Shown here: positions 29,464 to 38,666 of the stretch, one piece after another | How the letters are laid out: each line of letters starts with the position of its first letter | Position numbering within the stretch: the first letter of the stretch is position 1 | Assembly: GCA_964550955.1 (NCBI GenBank) | Contig: CAZKAF010000002.1 | Span: 9,335-73,334, forward strand | Direction: 5' to 3' | DNA: 64,000 nt | From: an uncultured Candidatus Saccharibacteria bacterium | GTDB taxonomy: Bacteria > Patescibacteriota > Minisyncoccia > Phycocordibacterales > CAIZLB01 | Made by a program: the position numbers and the translations under genes | The notes under the pieces: generated by a model | The model's database searches: none | What the model saw: only the letters and a program-made list of their open reading frames with translations | Told to the model about the DNA's origin: nothing

Positions 29464-29510
29464 AGTAAATATTATACCCGATATTTACTATGATAGCACC
29501 CCCCCCCCCC
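29464..29510. promoter_or_regulatory. Promoter-region elements upstream of the surface-protein locus: a 10-bp inverted repeat (TAGTAAATAT-N8-ATATTTACTA) followed by a C12 homopolymer (29499..29510). This is a candidate slipped-strand phase-variation site.
   Basis: Read directly from the sequence. The tract lies 49-60 bp upstream of the ATG at 29450 (minus strand) and downstream of the gatB stop. Confidence 0.4.
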
Positions 29511-29619
29511 GCAAAAGAAGCGTTTACCTGTGGACAACTGCAGCGACCTGTCAAAGCTCTCTCGATTCAATCCTTGAGCCGCTCATCAGGCATCAGGCGC
29601 GATTGCTTCAATTATTTAT

Positions 29620-31371
29620 TTAATTTTTATTTAAAAATTCTACAACCGCCTCTTTGGCAAGCTGCGGATTTACCGAGCCTTTGCTCAATTTCATGATTTG
29701 CCCGACAAAAAACTGAAGCGAGGCCTCCTTGCCGCCGAGATAATCTGCCACGACTGTCGGATGAGCGGAGACGAGCCCCTCAACCATCTTTTTCAGGGCT
29801 TCCGGGTCGTTTTTCTGAATCATCCCCTTCTCTTCGGCAATCTGCGCCGGTTTCTTTCCAACAAACTTCTCGCCATCAAGAAACGCGTCCTTAGGGTCCG
29901 TGACAGCCACTCCGTATTCGGCAAACAGACTTGCAGACCACAGATGCGCCAGAAGATCCTTGGCGCCTCGCGAAATGATGTCGCCTTTCTTGAGCATTTC
30001 CACTATCTGCGCGAAATCATCAGTCGAAACGCAAATGTCACCGGCATGCTTCGCGCCCGAAGTCTTGCCGGCAGTTTCGCCGACAAGCTTCGTCGTCTTC
30101 GCAACAAGCCCCGCGATGTCAGACGTGATGTAGTTGACCGCCAGCTTGGTCTTCTCGACGCCGGCAGCATCTGAGCCGAATGCGGCCGCGACAGTTTCGA
30201 AAAATGTCCTGAACTTCTCATTCTGCACGAACATTTCCGCGTCCTCTTCCTTCATGCCGAACGTCTCAACGTATCGGGACCGCAATTCCCATGGCAGCGC
30301 GGCCATCTCGGCCCGAAGAAGCTCGGGCTTGAATTCCGGAATCTCCGAAATCATCAGCTTCGGAAGATCCGGGTCCGGAAAATATCGGTAGTCATGCGAA
30401 TCCTCCTTCGCTCTCTGAGAAAAGGTTTTTCCTGTCGTCTCATCGAAGCCCCTTGTCTCCTGGACAATGACCAGTCCGGCTTTTTTCAGGTCATCTTCCG
30501 TCACGGCGCTGCCACTCCCCGCGCCAGTACTTGCACTTGCATCAAGCTCGACAGCCCTCCGTTCAAGGATGTCTATATGTCGTTCAATTTCGAACTCGAT
30601 CGCCCGTTCGACCGACTTGAACGAGTTAAGGTTCTTGACTTCGACTTTTCTGCCGAAATTTTTCAGATCGTATGGCAGCTGATGAGCAAGCGGATTTTCC
30701 GAAACGGAAATGTTCGCTTCCACGCGCATCTCTCCCTTTTCCATGTTCGCATCGCCCGCTCCGAGCGACCGGAGAAGCAGCTGCAGCTCTTTCGCGAAGT
30801 TCGCGGCGGTCTTGGCATCGTAAATGACAGGCTCAGTTACAAGCTCCATCAGCGGAAGTCCGGCTCGATTGAAATCGACGAGGCTGTACGAGCTGCCATC
30901 CGTATCTTTCGGCGCGTCGTGAGACGAGCTCGCCGTATCTTCTTCCAAGTGGATGCGGGTCAGCTCGACTCTCTGAAGCTTGGCCTGATTGGTTGCAGGG
31001 TCGACATCCTTAGGATCGCCCTTAACCAGAAGAGAGCCTCCTTTTATGAGCGGATATGCGAACTGGCTGATCTGGTACCCTTTCGGAATGTCAGGATAAA
31101 AATAATTCTTTCGATCCCATTCCGTGTAATCCGCAATTTCAGATCCGAGCGCCAGGCCGGCCTTGAGCACGTGCTTGATCGCCTGCTTGTTCAGCGTCGG
31201 CAGCGTTCCGGGATGCCCCATGCAGATGGCGCAAATGTTAGCGTTCGGCTTTTCTTCATCCGGGTCATTCCTGCAGCTGCAAAACATCTTTGACTTGGTC
31301 TTGAGCTCGGCATGTATCTCGAGTCCGATGACCGGATAATATTTTTTTCCGTTTGGCCTGATGATTACCAT
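29620..31371 (-). CDS. gatB: Asp-tRNA(Asn)/Glu-tRNA(Gln) amidotransferase subunit B
   Basis: YYPVIGLEIHAELKT N-terminus, CAICMGHPGTLP motif, C-terminal YqeY-like GatB domain. Confidence 0.9.
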   Translation of the reverse strand: MVIIRPNGKKYYPVIGLEIHAELKTKSKMFCSCRNDPDEEKPNANICAICMGHPGTLPTLNKQAIKHVLKAGLALGSEIADYTEWDRKNYFYPDIPKGYQISQFAYPLIKGGSLLVKGDPKDVDPATNQAKLQRVELTRIHLEEDTASSSHDAPKDTDGSSYSLVDFNRAGLPLMELVTEPVIYDAKTAANFAKELQLLLRSLGAGDANMEKGEMRVEANISVSENPLAHQLPYDLKNFGRKVEVKNLNSFKSVERAIEFEIERHIDILERRAVELDASASTGAGSGSAVTEDDLKKAGLVIVQETRGFDETTGKTFSQRAKEDSHDYRYFPDPDLPKLMISEIPEFKPELLRAEMAALPWELRSRYVETFGMKEEDAEMFVQNEKFRTFFETVAAAFGSDAAGVEKTKLAVNYITSDIAGLVAKTTKLVGETAGKTSGAKHAGDICVSTDDFAQIVEMLKKGDIISRGAKDLLAHLWSASLFAEYGVAVTDPKDAFLDGEKFVGKKPAQIAEEKGMIQKNDPEALKKMVEGLVSAHPTVVADYLGGKEASLQFFVGQIMKLSKGSVNPQLAKEAVVEFLNKN

Positions 31372-31440
31372 TTTTTTATTGCGTTATTTGGGATTACGGC
31401 TGATTTTGGCTGCCCTGATCCAATTGCCCTCGATTATATC

Positions 31441-32427
31441 TTATTTTTTGTTCGTAATATATTCCCCGAACGTTTTCAGCGCCTCGATGTCATAAACTGA
31501 TATGGCCTGAACCTCCTTGCCTTCCCATTCCGGAACGGCCTTTCTGATCGAGACCAGCCGAGCCTCAAGCTCGTCGGGAGGAACGACGTCAGTTTTCGTG
31601 AGAAGGATGATTTCTTCCTTCTTGCCGAGTTCAGGGTCATACGACTCAAGCTCGTTCCTGATTGTCTTGTATGCGCTCGCTATCTCCTCGGCCGTTTCGT
31701 GCTCAAGCGAAATGCAGTGTATGAGTTTTTTAGTCCTTCTAATATGTCTTAAAAATTTATGCCCGAGCCCCTTGCCTTCCGAAGCGCCCTCGATGAGGCC
31801 GGGAATGTCCGCCAAGATGTATCCGTACAGGCTTCCGAGGTTCGGCTCAAGCGTCGTGAACTGGTACGCGCCGACTTTCACGTTCGCTTTCGTCAGCGCG
31901 TTCAGAAGGGATGACTTGCCGGCATTCGGCAGCCCGATGAAGCCGGCATCGGCAATAAGTTCCACCTCTATATAAAAAGTCGCCTCCTCGCCGTTTTTGC
32001 CCGGAGTCCATTGTTCAGGCCTCTGGTTGGTCGAACCTTTAAAGTGCTCATTGCCAAGCCCGCCGTTTCCGCCCTTAAGAAGAAGGATCTCCTGGCCCTC
32101 CTCGTCGAGGCGATACACCTCGTCCGTCGAAAGGTTCTTGATGATGCTTCCGACAGGCAATTCTACGTACATCGCCTCGCCGTTTGCCCCATGCTTGCTG
32201 TTCCCTCCTCCCGGCTCGCCGTTCTCGGCCTGAAACTCCTTGGTGTTCTTGTACCGTACCAGCATCAGGGCATCATGAACGCCTCGTACATATATATGTC
32301 CGCCTCGGCCGCCGTCGCCTCCCGAAGGACCGCCGAATTCCTTGAACTTCTCGTGAAGCCATCGAACGACGCCGTTTCCCCCTCTTCCAGCCCTCATATG
32401 AACCGTCATTTCATCGATAAATGCCAT
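31441..32427 (-). CDS. obg: GTPase Obg/CgtA
   Basis: Gly-rich Obg fold (GGDGGRGGHIY, GGNGGLGNEHF) and G-domain motifs GLPNAGKSS, DIPGLIEGA and TKTD. Confidence 0.9.
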   Translation of the reverse strand: MAFIDEMTVHMRAGRGGNGVVRWLHEKFKEFGGPSGGDGGRGGHIYVRGVHDALMLVRYKNTKEFQAENGEPGGGNSKHGANGEAMYVELPVGSIIKNLSTDEVYRLDEEGQEILLLKGGNGGLGNEHFKGSTNQRPEQWTPGKNGEEATFYIEVELIADAGFIGLPNAGKSSLLNALTKANVKVGAYQFTTLEPNLGSLYGYILADIPGLIEGASEGKGLGHKFLRHIRRTKKLIHCISLEHETAEEIASAYKTIRNELESYDPELGKKEEIILLTKTDVVPPDELEARLVSIRKAVPEWEGKEVQAISVYDIEALKTFGEYITNKK

Positions 32428-32437
32428 AGTTGTATGA

Positions 32438-32674
32438 CTATATCATATTATCGGGAGAATTGGGCTTTTTGACATGCGCGTGATTTCCGAGCGCCGAAAA
32501 TGCCGCTTTGAGGTAATTTCCGACAGAAAAATCCAGCAATTCGATTCCCACGATTTTTGATTCTTCATTGAAATCAAGAATGACTTTTTCAGTAAGCGCC
32601 TTCGTTCTCTGGATGGAGTCCTTTCTTATTTTTACATACGCGCTTTTTGTCTCCTTATCGTAGGTTATGTTCAT
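32438..32674 (-). CDS. DUF2283-family small protein (putative antitoxin partner)
   Basis: 78 aa. YDKETKSAYVKI...VGIELLDFS pattern typical of DUF2283. Its start overlaps the stop of the upstream DUF4258-like ORF by 4 nt. Confidence 0.5.
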   Translation of the reverse strand: MNITYDKETKSAYVKIRKDSIQRTKALTEKVILDFNEESKIVGIELLDFSVGNYLKAAFSALGNHAHVKKPNSPDNMI

Positions 32675-32892
32675 ATGTAGTATGACGTGATTATAATGTA
32701 AGTATTACCCATTTTATTGGCCACAACAAGCAGGTTTTCATCCCCAATTCCCTTAATAAACCTAAGTTTTGATATATCTTTCCTGTCGACCTCCACTGAG
32801 TCTGGCTCCTTCAAGCATTTCCTTATCTTTTCAATGCTTATGCCCCGCTCGAACAGCCGAATCTGGGCATGATAGGTCAGAACGAGATTCAT
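32671..32892 (-). CDS. DUF4258-family small protein (putative toxin partner)
   Basis: 73 aa. HAQIRLFERGIS motif, as in DUF4258 (RelE-fold-like) proteins that are commonly paired with DUF2283. Confidence 0.5.
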   Translation of the reverse strand: MNLVLTYHAQIRLFERGISIEKIRKCLKEPDSVEVDRKDISKLRFIKGIGDENLLVVANKMGNTYIIITSYYI

Positions 32893-33004
32893 CCCTGATA
32901 CAATAAATAACCAGGATTAAGAACGCATAAATTGTAGATGAAAACCGAATCCAGCGGCCATCCATGGACAAAAGAAGCGCCCTCTGCTAATATGGACACC
33001 AACG

Positions 33005-33238
33005 ATGGAAACGCAAGCCATTCTGCCTATTATTCAAATAATCCTAGCGATACTCCTAACGGTCGCAGTCCTTTTTCAGCAGTCTGAAGCGGGCGCTGGC
33101 GGTGCCTTTGGCGGCGGAAGCGATTCCGTCTCTTCATGGAGAACCCGACGAGGCTTTGAAAAAACTCTGTTTACCGCAACAATCATCCTTGCCGCCCTTT
33201 TCGTGGCGTCAGCAATAGTTGCCCTCAGAATCGCATAG
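33005..33238 (+). CDS. secG: Preprotein translocase subunit SecG
   Basis: 77 aa. Two TM helices separated by a Gly-rich loop: LAILLTVAVLFQQSEAGAGGAFGGGSD...RGFEKTLFTATIILAALFVA. Confidence 0.75.
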   Translation: METQAILPIIQIILAILLTVAVLFQQSEAGAGGAFGGGSDSVSSWRTRRGFEKTLFTATIILAALFVASAIVALRIA

Positions 33239-33333
33239 CCTGACCGCCCCGAGCGGGCTGCAAGTCAGCATTTGTGAAAATAGGTAAATCAACCCCGTTT
33301 CTCATCACATTCAACCGTTCGTAAGTACAAATA

Positions 33334-35109
33334 TTGCGTTCTTTCTGCTGTACTCTACCTCCTCATTACTATAACAACCCACCTATCGTGAAAAAACTGA
33401 TTAACGCTCTCCGTCCGACGGAAAGACTTCTCTTCTTCGCATGCGGATTCCTTCTGGTCCTGAGCGGCCTTTACATACTCGACCGAGTCAATAAGAACTA
33501 TTCCGTGGAGATTCCCGTTCAAGGCGGATCTTACATCGAGGGAATCGTCGGATACGCGCGATACATAAACCCCGTCCTCGCATATACTGATGCCGACAAG
33601 GACATGATTCACCTGGTCTACTCGGGCCTCCTCAAGCCTTCGGCCGAAGGGCGGCTCGTGGGCGACCTTGCCGAATCGTGGAATATCTCCGAAGACGGGC
33701 TGACATACTCGTTCAAGCTGAAGCCGGACCTGACTTTTCACAACAACGCCCCCCTGACGACCGAGGACATCGCGTTCACGATCGAGAAGATGCGCGATCC
33801 CGCAACCAAGAGTCCCAAGGCGGACATCTGGAACGGAGTCAAGGTAGAGACGATCAGCGATCAGGAAATCACCTTTACCCTGAAGACGGCGTATTCGCCT
33901 TTTCTTGAAAACCTCACCTTCGGCGTCCTGCCGAAAAGCCTTTGGAGAAATATCCAGCCAGAAGCGTTCGACATCAACACCCTCAACCGCGAGCCTGTCG
34001 GATCGGGACCGTACATGATCAAGAAGGCGCACAAGAACGCCGAGGGAATTTATGAATACTACGACCTCGTGCCGTTCAGGAAGCACAGCCTCGGCACCGC
34101 GTACATCAAAAGCCTGAGGATCAAGTTCTTCAAGAGCGAGCAAGACGCTCTTGCCGCGTACAAGGAACGATCCATCGACGCGCTCGGAGGAATCGATCCC
34201 AAATCCGCGTCCGAACTGAAGGAAGCGGGATACAACGTCACGAGCGCTTCCCTGCCGAGGACATTTGCCGTCTTCCTCAATCAGAGCGAATCTCCGGTGC
34301 TTCTCAACAAGGAAGTGCGCGAGGCGCTGAACGTTTCGGTGGACAGAGGCGAACTGATAGACACCGTCCTCAGCACGTGGGGCGTGCCGGTGACAGGACC
34401 GATACCGGTAGACTTGGTGAATCAGGAAACCGGGCAATCCCTGACGAACAGCTCTTCGACGACCTCGTCGGACTTCGTCGAAGCAGGAAAATCAATCCTG
34501 GCTCAAAAAGGCTGGACGGCGAACGAGAACGGAATCCTTCAGAAGCAGGTCAGGAACGGGACAAGGACCGACACCCAGCTGCTTCAGTTCTCCATCTCGA
34601 CTTCGAACACGCCCGAATTGAAAGCGAGCGCGGAATTCCTGCAGCAAACTTGGACAAAATTGGGAGCCGATGTTAAAGTTGAAGTATTCGAACCATCTGA
34701 TCTGACCCAGAAAATCATTCGCCCGAGAAAATACCAATCCCTTCTCTTCGGAAACGTGATAGGGCGAGACCTGGACCTCTATCCGTTCTGGCATTCATCC
34801 GAACGAAACGATCCCGGCCTCAACATCGCGCTTTACACGAATATCAAGGCAGACAAGGCTCTCGAGACGCTCAGAAGCACTTCGGAAGAATCGAAGAAAC
34901 TGGAATCAAGGCAGGCTTTCCAAGCAGAGATGCAGAATGATATCCCGGCAATATTCCTCTACTCGCCAAGCTATATCTACGCCACGCACAAGAAGGTCAA
35001 GGACGTGACGCTGACGAACATGACTTCGACTTCGGAGCGGTTCATGAACGTCGAGCAATGGTATATCGAGACGGAGCGAGTCTGGAATTTCTTCCTTGCG
35101 ACGAAATAG
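33334..35109 (+). CDS. ABC transporter substrate-binding protein, family 5 (peptide/nickel, Opp/Dpp-like), membrane-anchored. The start is possibly GTG at 33388.
   Basis: N-terminal TM anchor, then the SBP_bac_5 architecture (LVGDLAESWNISEDGLTYSFKLKPDLTFHNNAPLTTEDIAFTIE, GSGPYMIKK). Confidence 0.8.
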   Translation: MRSFCCTLPPHYYNNPPIVKKLINALRPTERLLFFACGFLLVLSGLYILDRVNKNYSVEIPVQGGSYIEGIVGYARYINPVLAYTDADKDMIHLVYSGLLKPSAEGRLVGDLAESWNISEDGLTYSFKLKPDLTFHNNAPLTTEDIAFTIEKMRDPATKSPKADIWNGVKVETISDQEITFTLKTAYSPFLENLTFGVLPKSLWRNIQPEAFDINTLNREPVGSGPYMIKKAHKNAEGIYEYYDLVPFRKHSLGTAYIKSLRIKFFKSEQDALAAYKERSIDALGGIDPKSASELKEAGYNVTSASLPRTFAVFLNQSESPVLLNKEVREALNVSVDRGELIDTVLSTWGVPVTGPIPVDLVNQETGQSLTNSSSTTSSDFVEAGKSILAQKGWTANENGILQKQVRNGTRTDTQLLQFSISTSNTPELKASAEFLQQTWTKLGADVKVEVFEPSDLTQKIIRPRKYQSLLFGNVIGRDLDLYPFWHSSERNDPGLNIALYTNIKADKALETLRSTSEESKKLESRQAFQAEMQNDIPAIFLYSPSYIYATHKKVKDVTLTNMTSTSERFMNVEQWYIETERVWNFFLATK

Positions 35110-35186
35110 AGAGCGGAAACGGGCAGGCGAAAAGCAAAGACGGATGGAAAAAATTTAATATTACAAGATAAAAACACTTAACAATC

Positions 35187-37319
35187 ATGAACAACAGAAA
35201 ACCATATCACGGCCGACCCAATGACAGCCGCCCCGCAGAGCGAGGCGGATATTCGTCAGGACCAAGAAGGCCGCGGATAGACAATCGACCGCAAATCGCC
35301 CCTATCACCGCGCCGGTGCTTACTCCTCCGGCCGCAAGAAATCCGAGCTCTCAAGCGGCACCTCGGCAGAATGCTCCAGCTTCAAGCGCGGCAAGCAGCC
35401 GAGCGCCTCTCGGGCGACCGCTCCTCGTTCCGACAAGGCCGAGCGCGAGGCCTGCCAGCCAGGCAAATCGCGGCGAGCGCCCGCAAGGCGCGGCAGGCAA
35501 TCGATCTGACAAGAAGCCGTCAGGAGGCGGAGGCAACGGCGGAAACCGAAGAAGGATGATGCGCCGGCCCGAACCGCCTCAAAAGCGGCTCACGGGCGTC
35601 GTCAACCGGCCAAACGAAACCGGCCACTTGCCGAAAGTAGCCGAAGGAAACATCAGGATCATTCCGCTTGGCGGAGTGGAGAAAATCGGCATGAACATGA
35701 CCGCCATTGAAATCGGCAATGACATCATCGTCATTGACGCGGGCTTTGCCTTCACCGACGAAGGAACGCCTGGCGTGGACTACATCCTTCCGAACACGAA
35801 ATACCTCGAGGAGCGAAGGGACCGAGTCAAGGCCATCATCATCACGCACGGGCACCTCGACCATATCGGAGGCATTCCGTACATCATGGAGCGAATCGGC
35901 AATCCTCCGATGTACACGAGAAACCTGACCGCCCTGATGATCAAGAAGAGGCAGACCGAATTCCCTCACCTCGAGCCGATCGACTACAAGATCGTGGAGA
36001 AGAACGACCGGATCAAGATCGGAGAGGTTTCAGTCCAGTTCTTCGGCATCACCCACACCATCCCCGACTGCATCGGCATCGCCATCAACACGCCGCACGG
36101 ATACATCGTCACTCCGGGCGACTTCAAGCTCGATCACGTCGACGAAAAGCCGACGGACGAGGAAGAGAAGGCGTATGCGTTCTTCGACGACAAGAAAGTG
36201 CTCCTGCTTCTCGCCGACTCGACGAACGTCGAGAACCCGGGCTTCTCTACCCCGGAACGAATCGTGCTTGAAAACCTCGACACCATCGTGAGGGACATAA
36301 AAGGACGGCTCATCGTGGGCATGTTCGCGTCGCATTTCCACAGATGCGCGGCCATCATCGCGTCTGCCGAGAAATACGGAAAGAAAGTCATCATCGAGGG
36401 CAGAAGCATGAAGAACAACGTGGACGTTGCCATTCAGGCAGGAATGCTCATCATCAAGAAAGGAACGATCATCGCTCCGCAGGATATCGACAGCTACCCG
36501 CCTGACAAGGTAGTGGTGCTCGCGACAGGCGCGCAAGGCGACGAATTCGCCGCGCTCATGCGAATGGCCACGGGCAGCTACAAGCATTTCAAGCTCAGCA
36601 ACAAGGACACCGTCCTTCTCTCCTCATCCATCATTCCCGGCAACGAGCGGGCCGTGGACAAGCTCAAGGACAGGCTGGCGAGAATGGGCGCGAAAATTAT
36701 CCATTACAGAACGTCTGAAGTTTTCATCCACTCTACGGGACATGCGAACCGGGGCGAGCTCGAATGGCTGCACCGAAAGCTCAAGCCGAGATTCTTCGTT
36801 CCGATTCACGGAACCCACTACAAGCTCAAGCTGCACGCTGAGCTCGCGATGCAGCTCGGCATGCCGGCCGACCACATCGTAGTTCCGGACAACGGAACGA
36901 TTATCGAAGTGCGGGACAACGGCGAAAAGCTCGTCAGGCTTTCTGAAAAAGCTCCGGACAACGTCGTCATGGTTGACGGATTCACCATCGGCGACATCCA
37001 GGACGTCGTGATCCGGGACCGGCAAGTGCTCTCCCAGGACGGCATCTTCGTCGTCATCGCGCTCATAAACGCGGCGACGGGAAAGCTCAAGAAGTCTCCG
37101 GACATCATCTCGAGAGGGTCAGTATACCTTCGGGAATCTCAGGACCTTCTTCGGGAGACGCGACACCTCGTCAAGCACGTGGTCGAGCAGACAACCGAGA
37201 ACATGCATCCTATCAACATCGATTACGTCAAGGATTCCGTATCCGAAGCCCTCAGCAAGTTCATCTTCCAGCACACGGCAAAGCGGCCGATTGTCATTCC
37301 GGTGATGATCTGCGTCTAA
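35187..37319 (+). CDS. rnj: Ribonuclease J, with an N-terminal extension of about 150 aa that is low-complexity and Arg/Pro/Ala-rich
   Basis: Metallo-beta-lactamase motif IITHGHLDHIGG, the beta-CASP region and the RNase J C-terminal domain. The N-terminal extension is read from the sequence. Confidence 0.9.
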   Translation: MNNRKPYHGRPNDSRPAERGGYSSGPRRPRIDNRPQIAPITAPVLTPPAARNPSSQAAPRQNAPASSAASSRAPLGRPLLVPTRPSARPASQANRGERPQGAAGNRSDKKPSGGGGNGGNRRRMMRRPEPPQKRLTGVVNRPNETGHLPKVAEGNIRIIPLGGVEKIGMNMTAIEIGNDIIVIDAGFAFTDEGTPGVDYILPNTKYLEERRDRVKAIIITHGHLDHIGGIPYIMERIGNPPMYTRNLTALMIKKRQTEFPHLEPIDYKIVEKNDRIKIGEVSVQFFGITHTIPDCIGIAINTPHGYIVTPGDFKLDHVDEKPTDEEEKAYAFFDDKKVLLLLADSTNVENPGFSTPERIVLENLDTIVRDIKGRLIVGMFASHFHRCAAIIASAEKYGKKVIIEGRSMKNNVDVAIQAGMLIIKKGTIIAPQDIDSYPPDKVVVLATGAQGDEFAALMRMATGSYKHFKLSNKDTVLLSSSIIPGNERAVDKLKDRLARMGAKIIHYRTSEVFIHSTGHANRGELEWLHRKLKPRFFVPIHGTHYKLKLHAELAMQLGMPADHIVVPDNGTIIEVRDNGEKLVRLSEKAPDNVVMVDGFTIGDIQDVVIRDRQVLSQDGIFVVIALINAATGKLKKSPDIISRGSVYLRESQDLLRETRHLVKHVVEQTTENMHPINIDYVKDSVSEALSKFIFQHTAKRPIVIPVMICV

Positions 37320-37347
37320 GGCTGACAATATTTACAGAAAAGGGTCG

Positions 37348-37385
37348 AAAAGCGCGCTTGGCTAAAACTTGCCAAGCGCGCTTTT
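37348..37385. terminator. Rho-independent terminator after rnj
   Basis: aaaAGCGCGCTTGGC-taaaactt-GCCAAGCGCGCTtttc hairpin. Confidence 0.55.
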
Positions 37386-37461
37386 CGCTTCCGGAGGAAT
37401 TTCTCAAACAGGGGCCATGCTGTGAACAGCCGGGACGGCGCGCCATGCTACAATACTGGGC

Positions 37462-38655
37462 ATGGAACACGTATTCGGAAAGCTCAAGAACATTCAGGCA
37501 ATGGTGTTAGTGTTTATGTCAGTATTGCTACTTTCATTCCATTACTCTTTCGTCTATTTTATAAACTCAACTTATTTAGCAACGTATTTCGGGACCGAGA
37601 ACATCGGATACATATTCACCGCCGGCGCCATTCTCAACATAGCGGTTTTCCTGTATGCGCCCAAATATCTCAGGAAGCATGGAAATTTCAAGATGACGGT
37701 GATATTGACGCTGCTGGAGCTGCTTGCGCTCCTGGGCCTGGCCTTCATACCGAACGCCTTCGTGGCAGTAGCTCTTTTCATAATCCACCAGGCCGCGGGA
37801 CCGACCCTTTTCTATTGCATGGACATCTTCATAGAAAGGTATGCTGACATCAAGGAAATGGGCAACGTCCGAGGCGTGTACCTCACGATGCAGAACATAC
37901 CGCCGATCATCACCCCCTTCATTTCCGGGCTCATACTGGTCCGGCCGGAATACTGGAAGCTCTATCTCATAGGCGTCGTGTTCCTCATACCGTTCCTGAT
38001 CGTCGTCGGACTGAACTTCAGGCAATTCAACGACCAGAAATATCCCATCATCAGCCTCAAGGAAGCGGCGAAGAAATTCTACGCGGACAAGAACGTGTTC
38101 GACATCTTCGTGGACCATTTCCTGCTTCACATGTTCTACGGCTGGACCGTCATCTACATGCCGCTGTACCTGAACCGATACATCGGCTTCGAATGGTCTG
38201 AAATCGGCATCATACTCAGCGTCATGCTGCTTCCTTTCATCCTGTTTCAGATTCCCATCGGCAGGATGGAAGACAGGTACAATGACGAGAAGCAGGTGCT
38301 CATGATCGGATTCTGCATCATGGCGGGAAGCTTCATGCTCATTCCGTTCATTCAGGAGAAAAGCATCGTCCTCTGGGCGGCAGTGCTCTTTATCAGCCGT
38401 ATCGGCGCAAGCTTCGTCGAGGTATCGAGCGAGAGCTATTTCTTCAAGCACGTGAATTCATCGAACGCGGGATTCATCAGCTTCTTCAGAATGACCCGAG
38501 CGCTGCCGTATCTCGTAAGCCCGATCATAGTCGGCATCACGCTCTCGTTCCTCGAGTTCAAGTACATATTCTTCGTGGCGGGAGCGATCATGCTCATCGG
38601 AGTCAGGTACACCCTGCTTCTCAGCGATGACAAGAAATCCGCGTCGGCCGAATAG
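37462..38655 (+). CDS. MFS-type transporter
   Basis: About 12 predicted TM helices in two halves of six. 397 aa. Confidence 0.7.
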   Translation: MEHVFGKLKNIQAMVLVFMSVLLLSFHYSFVYFINSTYLATYFGTENIGYIFTAGAILNIAVFLYAPKYLRKHGNFKMTVILTLLELLALLGLAFIPNAFVAVALFIIHQAAGPTLFYCMDIFIERYADIKEMGNVRGVYLTMQNIPPIITPFISGLILVRPEYWKLYLIGVVFLIPFLIVVGLNFRQFNDQKYPIISLKEAAKKFYADKNVFDIFVDHFLLHMFYGWTVIYMPLYLNRYIGFEWSEIGIILSVMLLPFILFQIPIGRMEDRYNDEKQVLMIGFCIMAGSFMLIPFIQEKSIVLWAAVLFISRIGASFVEVSSESYFFKHVNSSNAGFISFFRMTRALPYLVSPIIVGITLSFLEFKYIFFVAGAIMLIGVRYTLLLSDDKKSASAE

Positions 38656-38666
38656 CGGCAAATGCC

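Noticed and set aside
33355-34437. 360-aa minus-strand ORF inside the substrate-binding-protein gene
   Set aside because: Antisense to a well-supported SBP_bac_5 gene. Arg-rich translation typical of shadow ORFs.
35520-37025. Minus-strand ORFs (35520-35969, 36030-36587, 36624-37025) within rnj
   Set aside because: Antisense to RNase J, which has unambiguous catalytic motifs.
37576-38451. 291-aa minus-strand ORF inside the MFS transporter gene
   Set aside because: Antisense shadow ORF. The plus-strand product has the expected 12-TM architecture.
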